This document shows positions 25,562 to 38,545 of a stretch of DNA of 64,000 nt, one piece after another; the stretch's first letter is position 1; every line of letters begins with the position of its first letter. The notes under the pieces were generated by a model. The model worked only from the letters and a program-made list of their open reading frames with translations. It was not told the origin of the DNA and did not search any database. The position numbers were made by a program, and so were the translations under genes. The stretch covers positions 95,604,001 to 95,668,000 of the forward strand of contig NC_043003.1 of the NCBI RefSeq assembly GCF_006345805.1, written 5' to 3'. The stretch is from Octopus sinensis (lineage: Eukaryota).

Positions 25562-26362
25562 ATATATATTATATATATATGTGACAGGCTTCTTCAGGTT
25601 CTGTCAGTAAACTTTGCTCCTAAGGTATTAGTAAACTTGTGGCTTTAGTAAAGAACACCAGCCATGAAGGAGGATGGGACTGAACCCCAATCCATTTAGT
25701 TCCACAACGAACTTCTTAACCACACAGCCATGCAGACATTACTAGAAGCCTGTAGAAGAAACATTAGAGCATAAGCTTCTCAGTCTTCATATTAGGAATG
25801 GAAGCTAGTTTCTTTTCCATTGTTTTTTAATGCTATATCAGTGTGGTTTCATGACCATAATTATTATAGTCATGAGTTAATATACCTTTCTATGAATAGA
25901 TAAAAGTGTGTGAAGTCTCTAACACTATCTCATCTACAATTAAACTATATCAGGACAATCCCCCATTTCTTTTCTGTCGATTTGTTTACATTTGTCTAAG
26001 TCTGTTCAATTATACATCACAGTGATAGCGAAATAACTTATGTGGCTTTATATACATTTCAGAATATTGAACACACACCATTTATTGTATCAATAATTAA
26101 TAACATTTGCTAGCTACATAGTCAATATTATTAATAATACTGACTATATAGCCAGCACAAACACTATTTATGGCAACTAGACTAACAAATTTTGTAAAAA
26201 CATACCATCTACTGGCGAGAAATAGCTATAAGTTATCTCTCTCTCTCTCTGCTCAGACAGAAGCAGATGTCTATTCTCTGAAGAGATCCCAACTAGGATC
26301 AAAATTCAGGTCAAGTCAATTCTTTCTTTTTTTGCCAACTGCTTACATTTCTTGCAGCGTAT

Positions 26363-26592
26363 TTAATCCTTTCGTCACCGTATTTATTTTAAGATGCTCT
26401 GTGTTTCTTTCAATTAATTTTAAATATAACAAAGAAATTAGTAACATAACTTAGTTATCATTAAGCTAGGATTAGGAACATAAATTGTGACTAAGGTTTG
26501 GTGGACGATTTTAATGTAAAACTTATGAAAATAAGACATTTGTACTACAGAGCTAGAGGCGGTTTCGGCCACATTGCTATCGAAAGGGTTAA
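26363..26592 (+). mobile_element. piggyBac-like MITE family B
   Basis: TTAA-TCCTTTCG...CGAAAGGG-TTAA. Confidence 0.7.
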
Positions 26593-26865
26593 TTACAAAT
26601 CACAGAGATGGTTAAAAAAACTGGTGCTGCTTATAAAGGTATACCATATCATACATTTCAAAAGGTCACAAACAAAGGATATTACGAAATAAGCTCGATA
26701 AGAATAAGTACTCATTTTCATTATAAAATAAGAACTAAAATCCTAATCTCAGAAAATCTGTATTGATCAGAAAACAGCAACATATTAATGACTTGAACAA
26801 GCTCTGCAAAAACACTTCTATTTACAAAAGTGTGTAATTCATGTACATTTAATTATAGCTGAAAC

Positions 26866-27703
26866 TTAACCCTTTTGTTACCATATTTCTGTTGAAATAC
26901 ACTGCTTATATTTCAGTTCATTTTGAAAATCTCTCTATATATATAAAGCTGAAGTTGTCTGTGTATGGCAGGTTTGGTAGCCTTCAACTAACACTATCTC
27001 CTCTTAGACCATGCAGTGCAAGTTGACCAAAATTGAGAGTATGATAGAAGAAGGCTTGCTCTTCATTCCGTAGAAGATAAAATTCAAATTGGACCATGTT
27101 AACACCAAAAGTTATTTACATTTTCTATGAAAATCCTTATTTTTTACGATTTTTTGATTGCTGTGTCGCCATTTTTTGGTGTATTTCAACCAGAAAAATA
27201 TTCACTTAAAGAGAAAATAATAAGCTACATAATGCAAAATTTTTACTTTTCAAAAAACCCATTTCTAAAGGGTCGAAATAAACACGAGCAACGCCGGGCA
27301 ATACTGCTAGTATATGATAAAGAGTTCAGTAAAATAACTTTGTCATTTTTAAGCTGGTGTTTGGAGCATAAATAAACATGCAATTTTGATGCAAGGTTTT
27401 AATTTACATCACATTAACTTTTTAGCATTTAAACTGGTCACATCTGGCTCAAATATTCTACCTGTTTTATGAGCAAACTGGCCAGCTCCAGCCTCTCACT
27501 CCTACCCTAAAAGGTTGTTCTAAAAATAAACAATCACATCATCAAAATCTCAAAGCTACCAGATAATGCATGATTGATTCAAAACAATGTGAATGAATAA
27601 GCAGAACATTTGACAGACTAATTTGAATGTTAAAGGGTCAAAGCAGTAATTTTATATCATACAACCATGAGCAGTCTCTGAGGGGTTAGTATCAAAACGG
27701 TTA
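26866..27703 (+). mobile_element. piggyBac-like MITE (family B-related) hosting a Helitron and a family A MITE
   Basis: TTAA-CCCTTTTG...CAAAACGG-TTAA; resembles 26363-26592 once the two inserts are removed. Confidence 0.6.
26930..27310 (+). mobile_element. non-autonomous Helitron
   Basis: A|TC...CTAG|T boundaries; 5' TCTCTCTATATATATAAAG; GC-rich subterminal hairpin remnant CACGAGCAACGCCGGG about 9 nt before CTAG. Confidence 0.75.
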
Positions 27704-28408
27704 AGAGAAAAGGAAAAAAAGGTGCAGAGATTAGATTGAAATCTCTTATTATTTGCTGAGACTATGCAGTGCCCTCCTCTACCTAAACATGTGACATTCA
27801 GAAATATCCAAAGAATGTCACTAATACAAGATTTAGTAATCCAATACATTTTGGAGGAGAACAAGTTTAGAAGACTACCCATATTCTAGAAACATAACGG
27901 CTTCTTTAGAATCCCATGAAGATATTTTTCCCAGTAAGTCAGTCACGTGTGTGCATATATAATATATATATATATTGAAATTATTAATCTATAAGATTAA
28001 ACCAAAACAAATATTTCTAAAAAACATACAATTTCTTGTTAAGATTACAAAAGTTAAAAAATCTTTAATTTAATTTTCTTTTTTTTTTTACAGTAATAAA
28101 GCATCCTATAGAAGCCAGGATATGCTATATTACTAAAGTAATTAATACCATAGCAATTACTGATACAGAAAATATGCTTTTTTCATTTTCTCATGAAATT
28201 TTAGAGGAAATGCTAGCTATCAATGGGAGTGAAAGCTATTTAAAGAAAAGAAAATTTATTAATATTTCATTACTGCTATTGTTTCAAAGTTCAAATTTCT
28301 GGGTGTTTTCTCATTTTTACAAAGATACAAATACACACATATAAATATATTCACTACGCACTTATATGTATGTATATACACATACATAAATATTATACAT
28401 ATATATAT

Positions 28409-28448
<40 letters not shown>

Positions 28449-28450
<2 letters not shown>

Positions 28451-29020
28451 GCCTCAGAAAGGCAATGACTATTGACTGAAACCTTTGAAGATAAGCCGTG
28501 CTTGAGAAAACCCAGCAAGCCAAGTGAGATCGTAGTTGTGACCAATGCCAGTGTCGCATAACTGGCCCATTTAAAAGCACCCTTCAATTGTTGGACAATG
28601 TGCCATACTTATGAAGACCTGTTGAACCGAGTAAAATCATAGTCATGGCTGATGCCAGTGCCTCCTGACTGGCACCAATGCTGGTGACACATAAATGGCA
28701 CCATTTGAATGTGATAGATGCCAGTGCCACCTAACTGGCACGTAAAAAGCACCATTCGAGCATGGCCGATGCCAGTGGCATGTAAAATGCACCATCTGAA
28801 TGTGGCTGATGCCAGTACCACCTGGCTGGTTCCTGTGCTGGTGGCATGTAAAAAGCACCCACTACACTCTCAGAGTGGTTGATGTTAGGAAGGGCATCCA
28901 GCTGTAGAGACCTTGCCAAATCAGACTGGAGACTGTGCAGCCTCCTGGCTTGCCAGTTCTCAGTCAAGCTGTCCAACCCATGCCAGCATGGAAAGCAGAC
29001 GTTAAACGATAATGATAATG
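28449..29020 (+). mobile_element. RTE LINE 3' fragment (ORF end plus tandem-unit 3' UTR)
   Basis: Collinear with 30577-31130. Confidence 0.8.
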
Positions 29021-30029
29021 ACACACACTTTTATACACATACACAATTTTACTTTTAGAGTACTATTCTGTTATTTCAAGTTTTGTACCAAAAAGCATTC
29101 CTCACATGATGTATCAACAATGAAAACGTTAATGCTAATGGAATTGTTGACATTCAGCATCAAGAGATGGTCTGTTATAAAAGTGTAATCAGTTTACAGA
29201 AAGACAGTTGTGTCTTTGAAACTGGTACACCAGTTGCATTTCATTCCACTGAATTCTTCAAGTAAATTTGCTCTAATGATGGCATTTGCATACTATTTCT
29301 GCATTTTTGTTTAAAGTGTCAGTTTACATGTTTATTATATGATTTTTCTCGGCAGTGCATAGTTTGCATTGCCTGGTCACATTATGGTGGTTCAATATTA
29401 GTTAACACATCAGTCTTTCAGTATTCACAGAAGTTATTTCCAGCACAAACTCAGTTTCAGACATAAAGACAACTAGGAAATCCAGCAGACCACATGAATC
29501 TGCAGACAAAACCAAAAACATGAAGTAGATAAGAACAACAATGAACTCCTGACAAAACAACATATAGGAAAATAAACATCAATACCTGCAATGAAAGACA
29601 TCAGTAACGAAAAGCTTATAGCAGCTAATCTACCATCAAACATAAGGATAAAATGCTAAGGCAAACAAAAGTTATATAACACCCAAACTGACGGCAAGCA
29701 AACTTTTCCTGTAAACCCAAATTGCAGGCTGCTAAGTCCTGTGAATAATGAATTTTGTGTAGTTAGTAAACACATTAAATGATATTGTTGACAAAAGCCA
29801 CCAACATATGGCATTGAAATAACAGCAATATCCTAACTGCATCGTACCAAGAATAAGTATAGAAGCAAATTCACTCATATCAACATTGTAGAGTTCTACC
29901 CATTTATTTCTAAAAACTTTTCTCACAAAGATACTGAAATCTATAAAGAAACACTGCCATCAATGACAATGATGTTAATATAGTAATTTTGGATGGGGGT
30001 ACAGAAATGCTATACCTTCATATATATAT

Positions 30030-31128
30030 CACTGAAAATGTGCAGAGAGCAGCTTCTGTCACATTCCAGGGGGAAAAACTAGAAGTAGTTGATAGCTTCT
30101 GTTATCTAAGCGACCAAGTCAGTAGCAGGGGTGGATGCTATGAAAGTTTAGCTGCTAGAATAAGAATAGCCTGAGCAAAGTTCAGAGAGCTCCTACCTTT
30201 GCTGGTGACAAAGGGCCTCTCACTAAGAGTAAAAGGTAGACTGTATGATGCATGTGTGCGAACAACCATGCTACATGGCAGTGAAACATAGGCCGACTGC
30301 TGAGGACATGCGTAAGCTAGCAAGGAATGAAGCCAGTATGCTCTGTTGGATGTGTAATGTTAGTGTGCACACACAACAGAGTGTAAGCATCCTGAGAGAA
30401 AAGTTGGACTTATAAAAGCATCAGATGTGGTGTCCAAGAGAGACAACTGTGCTGGTATGGTCATGTGTTGTGAATAGATGAGGATAGCTGTGTGAAAAAG
30501 TGTCACACCCTAGCAGTTGAACCTGTGGAAGAGGTAGACCCAGGGATGAGGTGGTGAAGCACAACCTTCAAGCATTGGGCCTCACGGAGGCAATGACAAG
30601 TGTCCGAGACCTTTGGAGATATGCTGTGCTTGAGAAGACCCGGCAAGCCAAGGGAGACCATAACCTTGGCCTATGCTAGGGCTGTAAACCAGCCCATTTA
30701 AGAGTACCCTTCAATCATTGGATAATAAACTACACTTGCGAAGACCTGTTGAGGCAAGTGAAATCGCTGTTGTGGCCAATGACAGTACCACCTGTGCCAG
30801 TGGAGCGTTAAAAGTACCATTTGAGCATCATCGTTGCCAGGGCCACTGACTGGCTCCTGTACCATTGGCACATAAAAAGCATCATTCAAGCGTGGCTGTT
30901 GCCACTACCACCAGACTGGCTCCTGTGCAGGTGGCACGTAAAAAGTGCCTGGCTGGCCCTTGTGCCAGTGGCATGGAGTGGTTGGCGTTAGGAAGGGCAT
31001 CTAGCTGTAGAAACTTTATTAGATCAGATTGGCACCTGGTACAGCCATCTGGCTCACCAGTCCACAATCAAACCATCCAACCTATGCCAGCATGGAAAGC
31101 AGATGTTAAACGATGATGATGATTATGA

Positions 31129-31130
<2 letters not shown>
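30030..31130 (+). mobile_element. RTE LINE 3' fragment
   Basis: EKLEVVDSFCYL.D...GG......RIRIA*AKFRELLPLL..KGLSLRVKGRLYDACVR..MLHGSET, then tandem-unit 3' UTR and (GAT)n tail. Confidence 0.9.
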
Positions 31131-31164
<34 letters not shown>

Positions 31165-31409
31165 CATCATCGGAACCATATTACAAAGACTAAGCTTCCC
31201 CTTCAGGGGTAGCAATAACTTCATGCAATGAAATATTTATATATATTGGACTATGCTGCTGCTAGACCCATTTGCCAATACATTAAAACCACTAGCTCAC
31301 AAACATTCTACTTCCTTTCTCTGCTTCTTCTGTCTCAACTACAATTACTGCTGCTTCTTTGAACCTAATTGCACAGCCCCATTAAGCTTTACTAAATACA
31401 TCACACTTT

Positions 31410-31725
31410 ACTAAGCACTGAGCCTTATGAAGGAGATGACAAAGGATCGAGATACCTAGCACCTTGCTGTATTCAAGAAGACCTATCCACCACAACAGAA
31501 TTGATACCAGTGTTGGTGTCCCATTACAAGCACTTGTGCTGGTGTCACATCAAAAGCACCCAGTACACTCTGTAAAATGTTTAGCATTAGGAAGGGCATC
31601 TGACCACAGAAATCATGCCAGAACAAGCAAAGGAGCCTGATGTGCCCCAGCCCCAGCCTTACCAGTTCCTGTCGAACCATCCAACCCATGTGAGCAGAGA
31701 AAACAGACGTATGATGATGATGATA
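31410..31725 (+). mobile_element. older RTE 3' fragment
   Basis: ORF-end remnant plus AGGAAGGGCATC block and (GAT)n tail. Similar pieces at 21050-21270, 42640-42840, 44640-45150(-), 49697-49880(-), 59325-59730. Confidence 0.65.
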
Positions 31726-32449
31726 ATTTTCTAATCTTTCCCTTTACATGTTGACCAATCTATATTCAAACTGAACATCAGCCTCATCAATATCACCAGT
31801 CGAGGTGACCTCAAAGAGATCCTGAATACTGCTACAATTTCATGCCTTCAAATATTATACATAACACACACACACACACGCACATGCACATATAGATGTC
31901 GATTCTGATTAACTGACTCAGCTGTTTATTTGGAATACACTGCTATTTAAACAGGACAGCTGCTACAATGTGGCACATTCATGATATATGGTGCAAAGGG
32001 TAATCTACAGCTACCATAACTGGATTTCAGTATGGGATAATCATTCCATAGTATTGGCATAAACAATAAGTTAGCTTTCAAAGCACTAGTTCTCATTCTT
32101 CTCTCTCTCTCTCTCTCTCTCTCCTCTCTCCCTCTCTCTCTCTCTCTCTCTGAGAAATAAATGGATAGAGATGACTGAGGGACATAGACAAGTATTTAGT
32201 CAAGCAGAAAGCAGTAAAAATTGCAACAGCTTTGTTATTTAGCAAACTGGCTGTTCTTTTGTTTCTAGGATAATCTGTGTCAGTTGGCAATTTAGATGTT
32301 CCTTTGAAATTGTTGATACAGAATACAGACTTTATTTGTCCGCATCGATATGGTAATCCAGAGTGAAAATTAAGAGCAAAATAAAAATAGAAAAATCAAA
32401 GAAGAAAGTCAATGTATTACATCCTGAAGGAAAGAAAGGGGTACTAATA

Positions 32450-33993
32450 TGAGGGTAGGCTGAAAAGTTCCTAGGCTGACTATGAAGGAGAGATGCTACA
32501 GCTGTAAAATTTTCTATGCATTAATTTCAACTCTTCTTATTAATAATTCCAATGTTTCTTTCCAGGTAAACTGACATTTGACTATTCAAAGAAGACTTCA
32601 AAACTAACTAGTAGTGACTTCTCTAGAAAATGGACAAAATTCGGCATCGTCTTGCTGTCAAGTATCTCCACATGTCACAGCTTTACAATGTTCCTCTACC
32701 CTTATTTTGAGAGGGCAGCATGTTTCGCCTTTGTATAACCTACCACAGCTGCATGGGATGGAGTACACGCAGTCTTCGGTCATATTTTCTTCTATTGGTG
32801 GTTTTACTCAAAGGAGATATTTGCTAAGTGTTGTATTACTCTTGAATACTGTGCTGATGTCATATGGGCCAAATATCTTTTATCTTTTCGGAGAGGCCTT
32901 TCACATAGGTTTGACAGACTATGGTCAGTATATTGGTTTCATCTTCTCTTCTCTTCATAATTGGTTGCTAGATTAGGGGATAACATTCCACCTTTATCAA
33001 CAGTGGAAAAGTGGGCAGCTGAAATTAAGAGGAGAAGGAAGAGTCCTGAAAATGACCCAAGGTCTGGACATCCTGCAACTACCATCACCAAGGAAAACAC
33101 TGGTCATGTTTACCACATGGTGATGGATGACAGGTGATTAACTATAAATCAAATAGCAAATGCTATTAGCATATCCCATAAGAGAGTCAAGGATATTCTG
33201 CTCAGTGAACTTGGCATGATGAAGGTTCCTCCTCAGTGCATACCCACATCTTCTGACACCTGATCAAAAGTGCACTAGGCTGACCACATCACAGAAAAAT
33301 CTGACATTGTTTGAAATAGATCCAGATAGTTTGCTTTAACATTTCCTAAGCCTGGATAAGTGTTGGCTTCATCGCTTTGAGCCTGAGACAAAGAGACAAT
33401 CTATGCAGTGGAAACATCCCTCCTCATTTACTCCAAAGAAGGTCAAAGTTGTTTCATCAGCAGGAAGGATGATGGCCTCAGTTCTTTGGGATGCAAAAGG
33501 CATTGTGTCTATTGACTATTTCTAAAAGGACCACACCATCAATAGGGAGTACTATGCCAATTTTCTAAAGCAGTTATGAAAGGCTGTCAAGACCAAACAC
33601 TCAGGAAAATGGACAAAAGGGGTCTTACTTCATCAGGACAATGCTCTAGCACATAAGTCCTTGGTTTCAATGGCTGCTGTGCATGATTGTGTCTCTGAAC
33701 AGGTTGATCACCCTCCATATTCTCCTGATTTGGCCTCATCTGACTAGCATCTGTTCCCCAACATGAAAAAACACTTGGCTGGGAACCAGTATCACAGTGA
33801 TGATGACATCATATCTGCTGTTGGTGACTTTTTTGACCAAGAGGATGAAAGCTTCTTCACCAATGGGAACCAAGCATTGCAACACCGATGGAAGTGTGTG
33901 GACCTCAAGAGGGACTATTTTGAAAAATAAACCACATTTGGTTACATCCCATGAGTATCTTGGTCAGCCTACAAACTTTTCAGCTGACCCTCA
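32450..33993 (+). mobile_element. decayed mariner (DD34D) element with both TIRs
   Basis: TIRs TGAGGGTAGGCTGAAAAGTTCCTAGGCTGAC / GTCAGCCTACAAACTTTTCAGCTGACCCTCA, flanked by TA. Motifs DPRSG.P, LHQDNA, HPPYSPDLASSD; several stops. Confidence 0.92.
32671..32960 (-). mobile_element. Penelope-like element GIY-YIG endonuclease fragment inside the mariner
   Basis: Minus strand reads YVKGLSEKI...CVYSIPCSCGRLYKGETCCPLKIRVEEHCKAV, typical of the PLE linker and GIY-YIG domain. Confidence 0.8.
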
Positions 33994-34005
33994 TATTTTG
34001 GACAA

Positions 34006-34410
34006 GGTGCAGGAGTGGCTGTGTGGTAAGTAGCTTGTTTACCGACCACATGGTTCCGGGTTCAGTCCCACTGCATGGCACCTTGGGCAAGTGTCTTCTA
34101 CTATAGCCTCGGGCCGACCAAAGCCTTGTGAGTGGATTTGGTAGACGGAAACTGAAAGAAGCCTGTCGTATATATATATATGTATGTATGTGTATGTGTT
34201 TGTGTGTCTGTGTTTGTCCCCCTAGCATTGCTTGACAACTGATGCTGGTGTGTTTATGTCCCCGTTACTTAGCGGTTCGGCAAAAAGAGACCGATAGAAT
34301 AAGTACTGGGCTTACAAAAGAATAAGTCCCGGGGTCGAGTTGCTCGATTAAAGGCGGTGCTCCAGCATGGCCACAGTCAAATGACTGAAACAAGTAAAGG
34401 AGTAAAGAGA
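34006..34410 (+). mobile_element. dominant SINE, young full-length copy
   Basis: Near-identical to 24071-24523 outside the microsatellite. Confidence 0.9.
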
Positions 34411-35054
34411 TAGAAAAGGTAGCAAAAGTAACAAAAGAATATTGCTTTAAACTTTAAAAGAAAAACGTGCCTGTACGTTATACAGTCACCATATTAAGCA
34501 ATGGTAAAATGGAAATGGGCAAAGTTATGTGGTCAACCTGTCAAGCAGCCTTGCACCATACTCCAGTCATTAACCATACCTCTGGCTTCAGTGACTTCAT
34601 TATTACGTACTTTTTTTTTATTATTTTTGCTCATAGTTTGCCCTCTATTGCAAAGAACAAATAAATATACATGTGTTTATGTGTCTCAAGAGCAGTCTAT
34701 TGTTTCCAGATTTGCTAAAATAGATTTCCAATTAACACACACAGCTAATATTTTTTTTTGTTTTCAAGAGTCTAAAAGCAGTAGTTTGGCTTTTGTTTTG
34801 TCCTTCAGATTTAGTCCATAAAAATTTATATAATTAGGAAATAACCCATTAGGTTGGGCAAAAGTACTTGCACACAGATCTGTTCCAATTAAACAAAATT
34901 CACTGTATCACATGTACATACAAGAGTAAGCATGGTTTTATAGTTGAGAAGTCTGCTTTGCAGCTGTGTGGTTCTAAGTTCAATTCCACTGTACACAGTG
35001 CCTTTTCGCCAATACCTTAGAATTTGGTACATAGAAACTGTGCAGAAGCCTGCT

Positions 35055-35124
<70 letters not shown>

Positions 35125-35808
35125 ATCTAAAAACCAGTGTTGTATTCATTGTACCTCTATGTCTCATAACTCAGTAGTTTGACAAATAAAGATCATTAAA
35201 TAAATTCTAGTCTGAGATAAGTGTTGGTGTTTATATGATCACCAGTGCCTCAGCAGCACTGCAGTCCAATGATTAAAAGCAATGAAAAAAATAAAACATA
35301 TATATGTATACATATATGTAGCCACATCCACATCCACCAACATGAAAACAGTAGATCTCACAAATTTTTGACTGAGAATAAAAAAGTGTAAGTTTCTTCT
35401 CAACCTAAGGGTTTTTTAAATGTCAATGATTAGAGACTGGAAGATAATTCTCCCTGGGTGGGTAACATACTTAGATTCCTGGATAGCTTTGATAAAATGT
35501 TCTACCCAGAAACAAAGAAATGCCAGCTGCAGATTTAAATACACGTGTCATGAGCAGGTCATCCAATCCCTTGCTTATAAGACCATTTCTCATTACAGAA
35601 TTTATAAATGTCTCTGATGCACTGAGTGACTGAGTTGGCAGAATTGTTAGAGCATTCGACAAATGTTTTATGGTAATCATTCCAGCTCTTTGCATTTTGG
35701 GCTCCAATCCCATCAAGGAAAACTCAGCTCATCATCCTTCTAAAGCCAATAAATAAAATAACAATCAAAGCAATCAGGATAATTCTTCTCCCTCCTTCCC
35801 TTCCCATA

Positions 35809-35884
<76 letters not shown>

Positions 35885-36399
35885 CCTGAGAATCAGCTAC
35901 ACTGCGCTGTGATAATCATGGAGAGATCACTCACAGAATCCCTTTCCTTCAGAATCCAAGGAGAGTTGAGGTTTATTCATTTAGCATGCCAAATAAACCA
36001 TCCAAAGAAACCAGTGACTATGACAGATGGGAAAGGAATAATGCAGTGTTTCCTCCAGGGCTGTGCAGGTGAGGTGTGGGGCCAGTATTTATCAGTTTGC
36101 GAACCATTGGACCAATGTGCTGTATGGTTCAGAATGGATTTAAACAAAAAAAAACAAAGAGAAAACACATGCTCTTAGTCAGAGTAATAGTGTCCATAAC
36201 CAGCGATCAGTTCTGTTCTGAATTCATGTTATGAAGCCAATAAGAGATAAATCACTCCTTTGGAAGGGTTCCATTCTACTGTAGGTAGCATTCACAAATG
36301 ATCTCAAACTTTAGAGTTGATAGATCATCATGTAGTAAACTGATTTATAACATGAGTCTTCAAAAATCTTTTTACTGAACAATTGTTTTGGTACAATGC

Positions 36400-36783
36400 T
36401 TGCTTCCCAACCACATGGTTCCAGGTTCAGTGCCACTGCATGGCACCTTGGGCAAGTGTCTTCTACTATAGCCTCAGACTGACCAAAGCCTTGTTAGTGG
36501 ATTTGGTAGACAGAAACTGAAAGAAGCCTGTTGTGCATGTGTGTGTGTGTGTATGTGTATGTGTGTCTTTGTTTACCCTCTACCACCACTTGACAATCAG
36601 TGCTGGTATGCTTACATTCCCGTAACTTAGCAGTTCAGCAAAGAGAAACTAATAGAATAAGTACCAGGCTTATTAAAAAAATAAGTACTGGTGTCAATTC
36701 ATTCAACTAAAAATTCTCCAAGGTGGTGCCTCAGCATGGCCGCAGTCTAATGACTGAAACAAGCAAAAGATGAAAGATAAAGA
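36400..36783 (+). mobile_element. dominant SINE
   Basis: Consensus match. Older copies at 25583-25735(-), 34925-35290, 38085-38395, 41125-41290(-), 44037-44210, 45555-45700, 52370-52538(-), 53412-53640. Confidence 0.8.
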
Positions 36784-37149
36784 TCTCGTTTTGTATTCTT
36801 GGAGTGTATATGATATGTTTATCACTGGAAACCAAGTTACAGCTGTTGATATAGGCTAGCCTGAGCCTAAGCCAAACAAAAATATCCACTGGAACAAAGC
36901 ATCCAACTGATATTTGTAGCCATAGACGTCGCTTTTCTTATTGAATGAAATTTTCAGATTTACTAATAATACATAACCTTTATCCTAAAGACTGGAAAAT
37001 ATTTGCAGTAGAGAAGGCAGCTATTTTAAGCATGTCAAGACCCAACACCATTGTCTGCAAGTCATTGAGAGATCCTTTATGTGGTCCACTCAACCTGCTA
37101 AAAGTAACAACTACATCAAGCTTAGATCCTACCCTACCATTTAAAAAGG

Positions 37150-37837
37150 AAGTATGCTCTTCTTTGCTGGCACATCTCACGAATGAACCTTTTTTCAACC
37201 AAATAGTGACTGGTGATGAGAAATGGGTTCTCTATAAAGATGTCAAGCATCAAAGATAGTGGGTAGGAATAGGAGAAACACCATCACCCCAGGCTAAGGT
37301 GTTGTTATCTGTTTGGTGGGATATGAAAGGTTTAGTCTACTTTGAACTTTTAAATCCAAACCAAACAATAACAAAGGAATCTACAGCAAGCAGCTTGAGT
37401 GGCTTAAGTCAGTGCTAGAAGAAAAATGACTATTTGGTTTCAAGACAAAAGGTGTTCTTTCATGAGGATAATGCTTATCCACATACAGTGAGGATGACAT
37501 TCCAAAGGCTGGAGCAGTTTGAATGGGAAATGATGCTCCATCCACCATACTCGCCAGACATTGCCCCATCTGATTATCATTTATTCTGCAGTCTTCAAAA
37601 TCATTTCAACAGAAAAAATATGCGTTCTGTAGACAAGGTCAGAAGAGTATTGGAGGTGTATTTTTCATCATGATCAGGTGAATTTTGGAAGCGGGGCCTT
37701 GCAAGCCTACAAGATAGATGTAAGAGCATTGTAGAAAATGAAGGAGAGTATATTTTAGATTAAAAAAAGAACTTTATCTTAGTTTTGAAAAATAAAAGAA
37801 GTATTAAAAAAACTGCGTTATTTATGGGATGACCCAA
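37150..37837 (+). mobile_element. second mariner (DD34D) 3' fragment
   Basis: IVTGDEKWVLY, VFFHEDNAYPH and HPPYSPDIAPSDYHLF motifs; TIR-like TTATTTATGGGATGACCCAA followed by TA. Confidence 0.88.
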
Positions 37838-38404
37838 TATCTGCTTGTCCAGTATTGACCTCAGGCTTAACAAAATTTAATTGTCCATTGATTTTGTAAA
37901 ATAGATCACAGCAGTATGTCATGCATAGTTAAATTGAAGATTTTTCTTCACAATTAAACCAAATGTCTAAATTTACAGAGCATGTGGCCCTTGATTCAGA
38001 TGGCATAAATGAGATTAAAGACTATTTTCCTAACTATAGAGTGTAAAATTAAATATCATTTAGGACAAAATATCATTTAGGACAGGCTGGCTGTGTGGTA
38101 AGAAGTTTGCTTCCCAAACACATGGTTTCAAGTTCAGTCCCAATGGTAAGTGTTTTCTACTATAGCCCTATATATATCTGAGTGTGTGTGTTTTTGTGTT
38201 GGCCTCCCACATACTGCTTGGCAACCAGTGTTAGTTTGTGTACATCCCTGGAAATAGTTCAGGAAAGAGACTGCTAGAATAAGTATCTGACATAAAATTA
38301 GGTACTGAGATCAATTTGTTTGACTAAACACTTCAAGGCAGTGCCCCAGCATGGCCACAGTCCAATGACTGAAACAAAAAAAAAAAGACAAAAGACAATA
38401 CTTA

Positions 38405-38545
<141 letters not shown>

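Noticed and set aside
29732-29926. ORF containing ELYNVD, resembling FAM135 KFYNVD
   Set aside because: Similarity limited to about 5 residues with no splice support; the true exon is at 38406-38482.
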